Shown here piece after piece: positions 8,638 to 17,882 of a stretch of DNA of 64,000 bases. A model generated the notes under the pieces. It ran no database searches and was not told the origin of the DNA. It worked only from the letters and a program-made list of their open reading frames with translations. Within the stretch, counting starts at the first letter, position 1, and each line of letters opens with the position of its first letter. The stretch comes from Myxococcota bacterium (GTDB lineage Bacteria > Myxococcota_A > Polyangia > HGW-17), in NCBI GenBank assembly GCA_036802685.1, contig DAIRVS010000001.1:14804-78803 (forward strand). The letters run 5' to 3'. A program made the translations under genes and the position numbers.

Positions 8638-8830
8638 AGATGTTTACCCTTGAACCCACTGGAGAAGAAAACATGCGCGTGAATACCCACCCTCTGGTTT
8701 GAATGGATGATCTTCACCGAGTGAGTTACTGCAGCAGCACCAAAAGGACCGGCACTCATCGTAGCGCACAAACAGCTTGCGTTCGGGCGGTGGGGGCGGC
8801 ACCCTCGGAGGCGGACGAAAGGAGGTCCCC

Positions 8831-9430
8831 ATGAAGAAGCTCGTCACCCTCTGCGCGGTTCTCGTCACGCTGACCGCGGCCGGCGCCGCGGCCGGACAGG
8901 CGCGGATGCGCACCCCGATGGACCTGGCCCAGTGGTCGAAGACCGGGGGCGGCGGCGTCACCCTGGACGGCATCTCGTACACCGACGAGGAGGACCACAA
9001 GGTCAGCGGCAAGATCCTGCGGGCCGACCCCTGGGCGGGCCTGTTCGTGCTGCCCAGCCTGGCCGTCGTGGGCAACCTGCACGTGCAGAGCCCGTTCGGC
9101 GACCACTTCGTGGACCGGCCCGACGTACTCGGCTTCACCGCCGGCGTGCGTTACTTCAAGCAGCTCTATCATTTCTACGGATACGTCGGGCTCCAGCTCG
9201 GCGGCCTGATCTTCTCGCGCACCGGCGACGAGAACCTGAAGATCCACGCCGAGGGTCTCAACGACGACACCAAGGGCTTCATGGCGACGCTGCCCCTGGG
9301 CCTTTTGTTCCCGCTGAGCCGCAACCTGGCCGTGGAGCTGGGCGTGCGCGTGCACTCCGTCTGGCTGTCCGGGGGCGCCCACTGGCTGGAGTATTCGGTG
9401 GGCTATCTGGGCATCTTTTTGTGTTTCTAA
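8831..9430 (+). CDS. Small outer-membrane beta-barrel-like protein (signal peptide, alternating amphipathic strands, C-terminal Phe)
   Basis: In-frame start MKKLVTLCAVLVTLTAAGAAAG with AAAGGAGG RBS. Ends ...GIFLCF. Confidence 0.65.
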   Translation: MKKLVTLCAVLVTLTAAGAAAGQARMRTPMDLAQWSKTGGGGVTLDGISYTDEEDHKVSGKILRADPWAGLFVLPSLAVVGNLHVQSPFGDHFVDRPDVLGFTAGVRYFKQLYHFYGYVGLQLGGLIFSRTGDENLKIHAEGLNDDTKGFMATLPLGLLFPLSRNLAVELGVRVHSVWLSGGAHWLEYSVGYLGIFLCF

Positions 9431-9434
9431 AGAA

Positions 9435-11282
9435 TCAGTTCGGCACGCAGCGGTAGTTGTCCGCGGGGGGTCCGGTGAAGGTGGTGCCGATGTCGCCGCC
9501 CAGGGTGCCGTCGGCGTTCTCGTAGCCGATGGTGGCCGAGAAGCCCGATCCCAGCCAGGTGGAGCGGTCGTAGATCACCTCGAAGGCGTTGGAGCCTTCG
9601 TACAGGCGGATCTGCATGGTCACCTTGGAATCGGTGCCGCCACCGATGATGCGACACTGGTGCCATTCGAGCACGAACACCCGGTTCGGCGAGGAACCTT
9701 GGGTCTGGTACAAGAGCCGGGCGTCGGGCCAGGTGGTCTGGGAGTAGACCAGATCGTCCCAAAAGATGTAGATCGCGGCGTTGGGCGTCGCCGAATTGGG
9801 GAGGGTGGTGTTGGTCCATTCGTTGGTGCCAGGGTCGGCACCGAAAGAGGCCCAGCCGTTGGTACAGAAATAGCCATCCGTGTAGTTCTGACCGAAGTAG
9901 CGGAAGGTGAAGGGGATCGTGAACGGGAAACGCCCGTCGATCACCCAGGTTTCCGTGGTGAGCGACGTGCCGGAGTACCGGATCGTCGAGTAGGTCGCGG
10001 CGAGGGCCGAGCAGGTGTAGGCACCGGCGGGGGCCTGGCAGATTCCGGCGTTGCAGGTCTGGCCCAGGGCGGCGCAGTCGGTGCCGTTGGCCCAGCTCCA
10101 GCAGCCGTAGCCGTCCTGGACGCAGGACTGGGTGACGCTGCCGTCACAGCGGGCCTGACCCGAGGAGCAGGCGTTGTTGCACACGCAGGTGTTGCCCGAG
10201 CAGGACCGTCCGGTGGCCGCGCAGTTGATGCCGTCGGCCCAGTCGTAGCAGCCGGTGCCGGCGAGCGAACACGACTGGATGACGTCGCCGAAGCAGCGCA
10301 CGGCACCCGAGGCACAGGTGTCGGTGCAGGTGTTCACGCACTGAGCCGAGCCCGAGGAGGTGTCGCACACCTGACCCAAGCCCGCGCAGTCCTGCACCGT
10401 GCTCCAGGCCCGGCAGCCGTTGCCGCCGGTGACGCAGCTCTGGCGGACGGTGCTCAGACAACGGGTGCTGCCGTCGGCGCACTCGTGCACGCAGGAGCAC
10501 GCGCCCCCGGAGCACACCTGGCCCGCGGCGGCGCAGTCGGCGCCGTTCACCCAGATGCGGCAGCCCGAGCCGTCGGTGCCGCAGGTCTGCACCACGTTTC
10601 CGCTGCACTGGGGCGGGGCGCCCGCCTCGCACTGGTGGACGCAGGGATCGGTGCAGGCGGCCGCGGCGCCGGTCCCGGTGCACACCCAGTTAGTCAGCGC
10701 GCAGTCCTGCACGTCCTTCCACTGGGCGCAGCCATTCTCGCCGGCCTGGCAGCGCTGCAGCACGTTTCCCGTGCAGAAGCCGTCGCCGAGGGTGCAGGCG
10801 TCGGTGCAGGAGTCCGCGCAGGCGGCGGAGCCCGAGGCGTCGTCGCACACCTGGTCGCCGGTCGCGCAGTCCACCGAGGTCTCCCACGCGCGGCAACCCT
10901 GGTCGTCGGCCGCGCAGAGCTCGAGGAGGTTGCCGTTGCAGCGCAGCGCGCCGGCCGGATCGCAGGTGTGGTTGCAGGCCGCGCGGCAGAACGTGGTGTT
11001 GTACGCGCACGACGAGGAGCAGCCCAGGCTGCCGCTGGCGAACCCTAGGCTCACGCAGGTGGCGCCGCCCAGATCGCCGCCGTCGCAGTCCTCGCCGTCC
11101 GAGAGGACGCCGTCCCCGCAGCCGGCTTCGGTGCAGTCCTGCGGACAGGAGTCCGCGTCCTCGGCGGGCTGGCAGGTGCCGTCGCCGCAGGTGGTCACGC
11201 CGCCGCCGCCCTTGGCGCAGGAGAAGAGGGCGCCGACGAGGGCGGTGGAGAGAAGAAGGATAAAATATTTTTTGATAAACAT
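9435..11282 (-). CDS. Secreted lipoprotein with Myxococcus cysteine-rich repeat, eight ~47-aa Cys-rich repeats, and a C-terminal beta-rich domain
   Basis: True start MFIKKYFILLLSTALVGALFSC at 11282, in frame with ORF 9435..12413 whose upstream part is an antisense artefact over ackA. Repeats C..G..RC.GN..Q.C...G.GC..W....DCA..GQVC occur 8 times. A CGDG...CD..DLGGATCVSLGF module is present. Confidence 0.75.
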   Translation of the reverse strand: MFIKKYFILLLSTALVGALFSCAKGGGGVTTCGDGTCQPAEDADSCPQDCTEAGCGDGVLSDGEDCDGGDLGGATCVSLGFASGSLGCSSSCAYNTTFCRAACNHTCDPAGALRCNGNLLELCAADDQGCRAWETSVDCATGDQVCDDASGSAACADSCTDACTLGDGFCTGNVLQRCQAGENGCAQWKDVQDCALTNWVCTGTGAAAACTDPCVHQCEAGAPPQCSGNVVQTCGTDGSGCRIWVNGADCAAAGQVCSGGACSCVHECADGSTRCLSTVRQSCVTGGNGCRAWSTVQDCAGLGQVCDTSSGSAQCVNTCTDTCASGAVRCFGDVIQSCSLAGTGCYDWADGINCAATGRSCSGNTCVCNNACSSGQARCDGSVTQSCVQDGYGCWSWANGTDCAALGQTCNAGICQAPAGAYTCSALAATYSTIRYSGTSLTTETWVIDGRFPFTIPFTFRYFGQNYTDGYFCTNGWASFGADPGTNEWTNTTLPNSATPNAAIYIFWDDLVYSQTTWPDARLLYQTQGSSPNRVFVLEWHQCRIIGGGTDSKVTMQIRLYEGSNAFEVIYDRSTWLGSGFSATIGYENADGTLGGDIGTTFTGPPADNYRCVPN

Positions 11283-11361
11283 CGCACGCGCTCCCTCTAG
11301 CGCGCCCAGTATAGCGTCAAAACGCGGATCTGCGAGGAAAAGATCCCCCGTGGTCGGGAGC

Positions 11362-11380
11362 ATTCTTTTCTGTGAAAAGA
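11362..11380. promoter_or_regulatory. Palindrome TTCTTTTC-TGT-GAAAAGAA in the divergent promoter region between ackA and the Cys-rich lipoprotein gene
   Basis: Perfect 8-bp arms with 3-nt spacer, seen directly. Confidence 0.3.
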
Positions 11381-11492
11381 AAAACAGATCATCCTTGCCA
11401 CCGGGATCCGGTTCCAGTACCGTGGGCCCGGTGCCCGAGCCCCGGGCCGGGGGCAGGCCGGACGGCGGTCCTGCCTCCCAGGAGGTCATTCC

Positions 11493-12692
11493 ATGCTCGT
11501 GTTCGTGATCAACTGCGGTTCTTCGTCGATCAAGTACCAGCTCTTCGAGATGCCCGAGAAGCGCCAGCTCGCCCGCGGCCTGCTCGAGCGCATCGGGGAG
11601 ACTGGTTCGGCGGTGCTCACCCACCGCGCCGGCGAGGGCAAGTGGATCCTCGAGGTGCACGCGCCGGATCACCGGGCCGGCCTCGACCACATCCTGCGGA
11701 CGCTGGTCTCCGGGGAGACCGCCGTCATCGACGACCTGTCCAGCATCCGGGCGGTGGGCCACCGCGTGGTGCACGGCGGAGAGCAGGTCCGTGAGGCCGT
11801 GGTCATCGACGCCGCGGTGGAGGACGTGATCGCCGGGTGCGCCGAGCTCGCCCCCGTGCACAACCCGCCCAACCTCATGGGCATCCGCACCGCGCGGGCC
11901 GTGCTGCCGGACTGCGTCCAGGTGGCCGTGTTCGACACCGCCTTCCATCACACGCTGCCGAAGAAGGCCTACCTGTACGCCCTGCCGCTGGAGCTCTACG
12001 AGCAGCACCGCATCCGCAAGTACGGCTTCCACGGCACCTCCCACGAGTACGTCGCCCAGGAGACCGCCCGCCGGCTCGGGAAGCCGCTTTCGGCGTGCAA
12101 CCTCATCACCTGCCACCTGGGGAACGGCTGCTCGATGACCGCCATCGAGGCCGGTCGCTCGGTGGACACCTCCATGGGGATGACGCCGCTGCAGGGGCTC
12201 ATGATGGGCACGCGCAGCGGCGATCTGGACCCGGCCGTGCTGATCCACCTGCTGCGCAACGGGTGGGTCGCCGACGTCGCCGAGCTCGACCGCCTGCTCA
12301 ACCGCAAGTCCGGCCTGGCCGGCATCTCGGGGCTCGGCAACGACATGCGCACCCTCGAGGAGCACATGGAGACGAACGAGCGGGCCAAGCTGGCCGTGGA
12401 AATGTTCGCCCACCGGGTGCGCTTCTACCTGGGCGGCTACCTGGCGCTCCTGGGTTCCTGCGACGCCGTGGTCTTCACCGGCGGCATCGGCGAGAACGAC
12501 TCCCTGCTGCGCCGGCTCGTGCTCGAGGGTCTCGCCCCGCTGGGCCTGGAGCTGGACCCGGCGGCCAACACCGCCACCGTGCGCGGGAAAGAAGGCGCGA
12601 TCACCACCGCGGCGAGTCGCATCCCGGCGCTGGTGATCCCCACCGACGAGGAGGGCATGATCGCCGCGAGCACCTACGCCCTGGCCCGCTAG
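11493..12692 (+). CDS. ackA: Acetate kinase
   Basis: N-terminal VINCGSSSIKYQLF hallmark. Full-length 399 aa. GGAGG RBS. Confidence 0.95.
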   Translation: MLVFVINCGSSSIKYQLFEMPEKRQLARGLLERIGETGSAVLTHRAGEGKWILEVHAPDHRAGLDHILRTLVSGETAVIDDLSSIRAVGHRVVHGGEQVREAVVIDAAVEDVIAGCAELAPVHNPPNLMGIRTARAVLPDCVQVAVFDTAFHHTLPKKAYLYALPLELYEQHRIRKYGFHGTSHEYVAQETARRLGKPLSACNLITCHLGNGCSMTAIEAGRSVDTSMGMTPLQGLMMGTRSGDLDPAVLIHLLRNGWVADVAELDRLLNRKSGLAGISGLGNDMRTLEEHMETNERAKLAVEMFAHRVRFYLGGYLALLGSCDAVVFTGGIGENDSLLRRLVLEGLAPLGLELDPAANTATVRGKEGAITTAASRIPALVIPTDEEGMIAASTYALAR

Positions 12693-12779
12693 CCACCCAG
12701 GGACCCCCGCAAAAGGGCGGCCCGTTTGAGGTCCGCGACCCGAAGACGGGTCACGAAGTGACCGGAATCATCTTCTTCT

Positions 12780-12824
12780 CCGATCCCGATTTCGATCCCG
12801 ATTTCGATTTCGATTTCGACTTGG
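12780..12824 (-). repeat. Intergenic element CCAAGTCG(AAATCG)3 GGATCGAAATCGGGATCGG, copy B, minus orientation, about 20 nt after the stop of the minus-strand RCC1 lipoprotein gene
   Basis: The reverse complement of the forward sequence matches copy A over CCAARTCGAAATCGAAATCGAAATCGG. Confidence 0.7.
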
Positions 12825-12842
12825 AACCGGAGTCGGACCCGG

Positions 12843-14870
12843 TCACAGGGAATAATCGTCCACGGGGAGGATCACGCGGCGGGGCACCAAGGCGGCGGTG
12901 GTGGTCAGGTTCCCCAGCTGGCCTTCGGAGTTGTGGCCCCAGCAGTACAGTTCGCGGTCCGCAGTGAGCCCGCAGGTGTGGGTGACGCCGGGAGAGACGG
13001 CGTTGAACCGCAGATCGGTGACGACCGTGGTGGCCGTACTGCGATTCGTAGTGGTGCCGTCGCCGAGCTGGCCGTACTGGTTCCACCCGAAGCACAGGGT
13101 GGTCCCCAGCACGCCGTGGAGCAGACAGGTGTGGGAGCCGAAGGTCCACGTCGCCGCGGCGTCGATGTGGCCGTCGATCTGCACCGGCGTGAGACGGTTG
13201 GTGAAGGTGGCGTCGCCGAGTTGGCCGTAGTTGTTCAGGCCCCAGCAGTATACGATCCCGCCGGTGGTCCGGGCGCAGGTGTGGCCCGTGCCGCAGGTGA
13301 CGGTGGCGATGTTGGTGAGGGAGGAGATGGCCACCGGCACCCGGGAGTCCGTGGTGTTGCCGGTGCCGAGCTGGCCATTGTCGTTACGACCCCAGCACAC
13401 CCCGTTTCCAGTCTGATTACGCAAACAATTGTGTTCGTAGGAGCTTGAGATTTGAGTAGCCAAAGACACCCCCGAGACCTGCACCGGCACCGCGCTCGAG
13501 GTCGTCGAGTTGTTGCCCAGTTGGCCCCGGGCGTTGTCCCCGAAGCACCACGCGGTCCCGAGGAGGGTCAGGACGCAGGTGTGCCGAAAGCCCAGGCCCA
13601 GCTGGATCGCGTTGGTGAAGATCCCCGCCCGCACCGGCAGGGACGAGTGGGCGGCGATCCCGTGGCCCAACTGGCCCGAGTCCCCCCGGCCCCAGCACCA
13701 CACCTCGCCGCCGGCGCGCAGGGCGCAGGTGTGGAAGTAGCCGGCCTGCACCGCGGTGACGTCCTCGAGGCCCTGGACCAGCACCGGTCCGGTCCGGTCC
13801 GCGGTGGTGCCGTCGCCGAGCTGGCCCATGGAGTTGTCCCCCCAGCACAGCACCCGTCCGGTGTTCAGCAGGGCGCAGGTGTGCAGGTAGCCCGCGGACA
13901 CGGCCACCGGATACCGGAGGCGGTTGCACAGGTACTCCTCGCGGGTGACCTCGGGATCGCCCAAAACGCCGTCCCCGTCGAGGTCCAGCCCCGTCTCGAC
14001 GAGCACGCCGCCATAGGGGCAGGCGCCGCCCCACTCCACCGTCGTCAGCCGGGTGAGGGCGTTGTGGCCGTGGCACACGGCCTGTTCGTCCTGGACCTCG
14101 CCGTCGCCGAGGGCGCCGTCCCCGTCGGTGTCCAGCCCCGTCTTCACGAGGAGACCGCCCTGGGGACAGGGCGCGCCCGGCGCCAGCGGATCCACCCGCA
14201 CCAGGGAGTTGGTCCCGACCGTTCCGTCCTCGCCGGGGGCCCCATGGCAGACATAGGAGACGTCGTCCACCTCCAGCGGTCCGAGGACGCCGTCGCCGTC
14301 GTCGTCGAGGCCGGTGGAGACGGCCAGGCCGCCGTGCAGGCAGTTCGCGCCGGCGGGCTCGTCCAGAATGCTCACCAGGGAGGCGGGACCGCCGCCGGTG
14401 CCCGACGCGCTCTGGCAGACAAGGTTTGAACTCGTTCGTTCGTCTTCATCCAGAACCGCATTCCCGTTCTGGTCCAGACCCCAGTAGTAACGCTGGCCGC
14501 CGTTGGGACACTCGACGCCGGGGGCGAGCTCCTCCACGTGGAGGAGCGTGGACAGCCCGTCCCGCCCGTCCTGGCCGTCCTGGCCGTTTTCACCGTTTTC
14601 ACCGTTTTCACCGTCCTCGCCGTCGTCGCCGGGGAGCCCGTTGCAGACCGTCTGGATGCTCTCGATCTCGCCGGTCTCCAGGGCCCCGTTGCCGTTGGTG
14701 TCCTTTCCGGCCATGACCACCATACCCCCATACGGGCACTGGATGGACGAGGCCGACTCGATGAGCACCAGGGTGCCCTGGCCGTCCTGGCCGTCCTGGC
14801 CGGTGCAGGCCAGGAGCGCCCAGAGCAGCGACGACGTGAGCAGCAGACGGCGATGGAACAACTTGCGCAT
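12843..14870 (-). CDS. Lipoprotein with collagen-like G-x-y tracts, five ~45-aa CPxGG / D-x-D-G-D-G (Ca-binding-like) repeats and a C-terminal RCC1-repeat beta-propeller
   Basis: Start [22 protein letters not shown] at 14870 (codon 132 of ORF 12843..15263). Eight or more CWGxNxxGQLGxG RCC1-type repeats. GQDGQDGQG and [19 protein letters not shown] tracts are present. Confidence 0.8.
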   Translation of the reverse strand: MRKLFHRRLLLTSSLLWALLACTGQDGQDGQGTLVLIESASSIQCPYGGMVVMAGKDTNGNGALETGEIESIQTVCNGLPGDDGEDGENGENGENGQDGQDGRDGLSTLLHVEELAPGVECPNGGQRYYWGLDQNGNAVLDEDERTSSNLVCQSASGTGGGPASLVSILDEPAGANCLHGGLAVSTGLDDDGDGVLGPLEVDDVSYVCHGAPGEDGTVGTNSLVRVDPLAPGAPCPQGGLLVKTGLDTDGDGALGDGEVQDEQAVCHGHNALTRLTTVEWGGACPYGGVLVETGLDLDGDGVLGDPEVTREEYLCNRLRYPVAVSAGYLHTCALLNTGRVLCWGDNSMGQLGDGTTADRTGPVLVQGLEDVTAVQAGYFHTCALRAGGEVWCWGRGDSGQLGHGIAAHSSLPVRAGIFTNAIQLGLGFRHTCVLTLLGTAWCFGDNARGQLGNNSTTSSAVPVQVSGVSLATQISSSYEHNCLRNQTGNGVCWGRNDNGQLGTGNTTDSRVPVAISSLTNIATVTCGTGHTCARTTGGIVYCWGLNNYGQLGDATFTNRLTPVQIDGHIDAAATWTFGSHTCLLHGVLGTTLCFGWNQYGQLGDGTTTNRSTATTVVTDLRFNAVSPGVTHTCGLTADRELYCWGHNSEGQLGNLTTTAALVPRRVILPVDDYSL
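14563..14640 (-). repeat. In-frame 9-bp tandem repeat encoding [16 protein letters not shown]
   Basis: ggccgttttcaccgttttcaccgttttcacc seen directly. Confidence 0.8.
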
Positions 14871-15025
14871 GGAGACCTCCGAAGCGGCGGGAGCCGTGGA
14901 AAAATGGGGTGGACGCTGCTTATCCAATAGGCTGGAAAAGTCAAGCTGAATCCGTGCGCCCATTGTCGTCCCCCCGCGACCGCGGTTGCGGAAAAATGTG
15001 AAAAAGTGAAAACGGAAAGCACCCG

Positions 15026-15646
15026 TCAGCGGTGATACAGGACGAGCCAGCCGGCCAGAGCCCCCAGGGCCAGCGCCAGGGCGGCGACCTGCCACCGGGG
15101 GAGCGCCAGGGCGGCGGCGAGCCAGGCCGTCGGCCCCAGCCGCGGCGGGCGCAGGCGGAACGCCGGGAAGCCGGCCCCATCGTCGTCGGGCCAGAGCGGC
15201 TTCAGGGTGGCCCTCAGGGCGTCGAGGTCCGCCGGACGCCGCGCGCGGGTCCTGGCACAGCACGCCCCCAACAGGTCCCGCGTCGGGGCGTCCAGGTCGG
15301 CGACGGCCCGCCAGGCCCGGGCGGCCCCGTCGTCCAGCGCCCAGTGGGCGTATTCCATGGACGCCGGCGGGGGCACCGCGGCGGCCGGATCGTCACGCAA
15401 GGCCAGCAGGACGACGCCCAGCACGTACAGGTCCGACCGCACGTCGGGGCGCCCGTGGGAGAACAGGAGCTCGGGCGGCGGGAACTGCCAGTCGGCGCGG
15501 CACGGCGGACCGGTGAAGCGCGTCCCGGGGCGGTGCGACAACTCGGCGCCGACGTGGGCGGCCAGGGCCACGAGGGTGGCGCCTTCGGCCGGCCGCTCGA
15601 GATACGTGAAGCACCCCGGCAGGGTCCGGGCGGGGTCGGCGGGCAT
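15026..15646 (-). CDS. Kinase C-lobe-like fragment protein with C-terminal TM helix (truncated Ser/Thr-kinase-derived; possibly a pseudogene)
   Basis: ORF begins 7 nt after the rex stop. GC3-rich. [26 protein letters not shown] resembles kinase subdomains VIII-IX. There is no N-lobe, HRD or DFG. The C-terminus is hydrophobic, [29 protein letters not shown]. Confidence 0.4.
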   Translation of the reverse strand: MPADPARTLPGCFTYLERPAEGATLVALAAHVGAELSHRPGTRFTGPPCRADWQFPPPELLFSHGRPDVRSDLYVLGVVLLALRDDPAAAVPPPASMEYAHWALDDGAARAWRAVADLDAPTRDLLGACCARTRARRPADLDALRATLKPLWPDDDGAGFPAFRLRPPRLGPTAWLAAALALPRWQVAALALALGALAGWLVLYHR

Positions 15647-15652
15647 GGGGTC

Positions 15653-16264
15653 CTACCGCTTGCGGGGCCAGTGACCGGCGATCCGGTGGGCGAGCTTGTA
15701 CATGCCGTAGGCGATCTGGGCGTTCTCGATGAACACGTCGCGGTAGCGGTGGAGCTCGGCGGCGGTGAAGTTGTAGATGGCGCGCACGCCGGCCTGGACC
15801 AGGCGATCGGCGACCTCGACGGCCACCTCCTCGGGCACCGTGAGGACGGCGATGTCCACGGGCTGTTCGGCGATCCGCCGCTCGAGTTGGTCCATGGACT
15901 CGACCCGCACGGCCCCCACCGCCTCGCCGATGACGGCGGGATCGGTGTCGAAGATCAACTGCACGCAGAAATTGTGGCAGTCCGAGCCGTGGTAGTGCGC
16001 CAGCGCGCGACCGATGCGCCCGAAGCCGACGATGGCCACGCGGTACTTGTGGTTGAGCCCCAGGATCTTCTCGACGGCGTCGATGAGAAAATCGATGTTG
16101 TAGCCGTAGCGGGCCTTGCCGAACACGCCGAAGTACGACAGGTCCTTGCGGATCTGCGTGTCCTTCACGCGCAGGCTGTCGCCGAGCATCTGGCTGGAGA
16201 CCTGGTCGATGCCGGCGGTCTTGAACCGGTACAACTGCATGAGGTACCGGGGCATGCGCTCCAT
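15653..16264 (-). CDS. rex: Redox-sensing transcriptional repressor Rex
   Basis: RVSSQMLGDSLRVKDTQIRKDLSYFGVFGKARYGYNIDFL matches Rex winged-helix and NADH-sensing Rossmann regions. Start MERMPRY at 16264. Confidence 0.85.
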   Translation of the reverse strand: MERMPRYLMQLYRFKTAGIDQVSSQMLGDSLRVKDTQIRKDLSYFGVFGKARYGYNIDFLIDAVEKILGLNHKYRVAIVGFGRIGRALAHYHGSDCHNFCVQLIFDTDPAVIGEAVGAVRVESMDQLERRIAEQPVDIAVLTVPEEVAVEVADRLVQAGVRAIYNFTAAELHRYRDVFIENAQIAYGMYKLAHRIAGHWPRKR

Positions 16265-16346
16265 GGTCGCGGCGGGGATTGGGATCTGGTCTTTTCCTGC
16301 GGGGCCGGTCGGACTCAAGGTTCCACCTCGGGGCACCCGCAGCGGA

Positions 16347-17192
16347 CTACGGGTGCAGATAGGGATACAGTTGGTGCATCGCCTGAAGCGACCACGCCAG
16401 CATACTGCAATCGCCGGCCATTGCAAAGTGAATCGTGTTTTTTTTCACTCCTAAAGTGGCGCCGGGCAGGGCGTCGAAGAACTTTCCCCCCACCGACGGT
16501 GCCTGCAGGAAGGCGGCGCGCTCGTTGATGGCCAGCATGAGCCAGTAGTGGACGGCGTCCGTCAGCGTGGGGTTGAGCTTCTTCGCCAGCGGCTTCGCCT
16601 CCAGTTCGATGCGGCCGGCCGCGACGCGTCCGGTGAGCTCGCCGAGCTCCAGCGACTTCAACAGCGGGCGGGCCTCCACGAAGGCGGCGGCGCGGGGGTG
16701 CGCCAGGGAGACGGTGAAGAAGGAACCCGACGCGGTGTAACTGCGCTCGCGGAGCTCGGCGCCGACGGCGTGGCCGGGGCGGCTCCACCAGCAGGCGTCC
16801 CCCGCCGGGTGGCAGCGCGTGTGGGCGCCCCCCACGGGGGAGCCCTTGGGCGCGAGGAAGGCGACCTCGAGGCCGCCGGCGTCCGTCACGAAGACGGCCA
16901 GGCCCACCGGCTGCGCGGGCATGGGCACCTTCGGGTCACCGGTCCAGGTCGAGGCGGCGACGGCGAAGTCCGCGGGCGAAAGCTGGCCCCAGCCCACGGC
17001 CTCGACGGGCACGGCCAGCTTCCACGCCCGGGGGGGCGGCGCGGTCACGACCTCGGGGGCGGCGGCCTTCACGGGCGCCGGACCGGTGGCGGGCGCCGGA
17101 GGATCCTTCGAGCCGCCGCAGGCCGCGAGGCCCGCGCCCCAGAGCCAGACGAGGAGGAACAGGATGGGTTGAAACGTCATTCGCACAGGCAT
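16347..17192 (-). CDS. Hypothetical lipoprotein
   Basis: Start MPVRMTFQPILFLLVWLWGAGLAAC gives a signal peptide with lipobox. GC3-rich. Confidence 0.65.
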   Translation of the reverse strand: MPVRMTFQPILFLLVWLWGAGLAACGGSKDPPAPATGPAPVKAAAPEVVTAPPPRAWKLAVPVEAVGWGQLSPADFAVAASTWTGDPKVPMPAQPVGLAVFVTDAGGLEVAFLAPKGSPVGGAHTRCHPAGDACWWSRPGHAVGAELRERSYTASGSFFTVSLAHPRAAAFVEARPLLKSLELGELTGRVAAGRIELEAKPLAKKLNPTLTDAVHYWLMLAINERAAFLQAPSVGGKFFDALPGATLGVKKNTIHFAMAGDCSMLAWSLQAMHQLYPYLHP

Positions 17193-17253
17193 GGATTCAC
17201 GCTCCCACGCGAATGTAGCGGAAAGGGCGCAGGGGCGCAAAAAACCGACGCGC

Positions 17254-17655
17254 TCAGGAGCGGCGGGCCGGGCGGGCGGGACCGGGGGTCTCGACGTGGT
17301 GCTCGTCGACGATGCGGTTCGCGCCGTCCACGAGGACCACCGTGGGGCGGTGGCCGACGGCCTCTGACACCTCGTACTGGGCGAAGGTGGCGATGATGAT
17401 CACGTCGCCGGGGTGGACCAGGTGGGCGGCGGCGCCGTTCACGCAGATGACGCCGCTGTGCTCGGGTCCCTCGATGGCGTAGGTGGTGAGGCGGGCGCCG
17501 GTGGTCACGTCCCAGACGTGGACCTCCTCGTAGGGCAGGATGTCCGCGGCGCGCATGAGGACGGCGTCGATGGTGAGCGACCCCTCGTACTCCAGGTCCG
17601 CCTGCGTCACGGTGGCGCGATGGATTTTGGATTTGAACAAGGTCCGCGTGCTCAT
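17254..17655 (-). CDS. panD: Aspartate 1-decarboxylase with ~15-aa Pro/Arg-rich C-terminal extension
   Basis: [30 protein letters not shown]...VNGAAAH closely parallels E. coli PanD, including the Gly-Ser self-cleavage site region. Confidence 0.9.
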   Translation of the reverse strand: MSTRTLFKSKIHRATVTQADLEYEGSLTIDAVLMRAADILPYEEVHVWDVTTGARLTTYAIEGPEHSGVICVNGAAAHLVHPGDVIIIATFAQYEVSEAVGHRPTVVLVDGANRIVDEHHVETPGPARPARRS

Positions 17656-17745
17656 GGCCGTTCCTGTCGCCCAGGGCATTCTAGGGACTTCGAACGCAAA
17701 GTCAATGCGCACCCGCGTCGTGGACGCCGAAAACGTCGCAAACTT

Positions 17746-17880
17746 CTACCATCCGAACACGCCCGCGGTGACCGAGGCGAAGATCCACATCAGCAGCAGG
17801 GCGAACAGACCCCACACGCTCCAGCTCACCAGCCGCTGCCAGAACACGGTGTTGGAGGACAGGCCGCGCGGTTCGGACAT
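17746..17880 (-). CDS. Small (44-aa) hydrophobic membrane protein, translationally coupled to the upstream gene
   Basis: ATG 2 nt after the upstream stop with GGGAGG SD 10 nt upstream. Sequence MSEPRGLSSNTVFWQRLVSWSVWGLFALLLMWIFASVTAGVFGW. It appears in the ORF track only as the tail of an artefactual longer ORF. Confidence 0.4.
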   Translation of the reverse strand: MSEPRGLSSNTVFWQRLVSWSVWGLFALLLMWIFASVTAGVFGW

Positions 17881-17882
17881 GG

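Noticed and set aside
11362-11380. Rex operator candidates (this palindrome and the one at 6274..6287)
   Set aside because: Both contain TGTGAA/TTCAC-like half-sites. Their spacing and orientation do not fit the Rex consensus TTGTGAA-N4-TTCACAA, so no Rex site is called.
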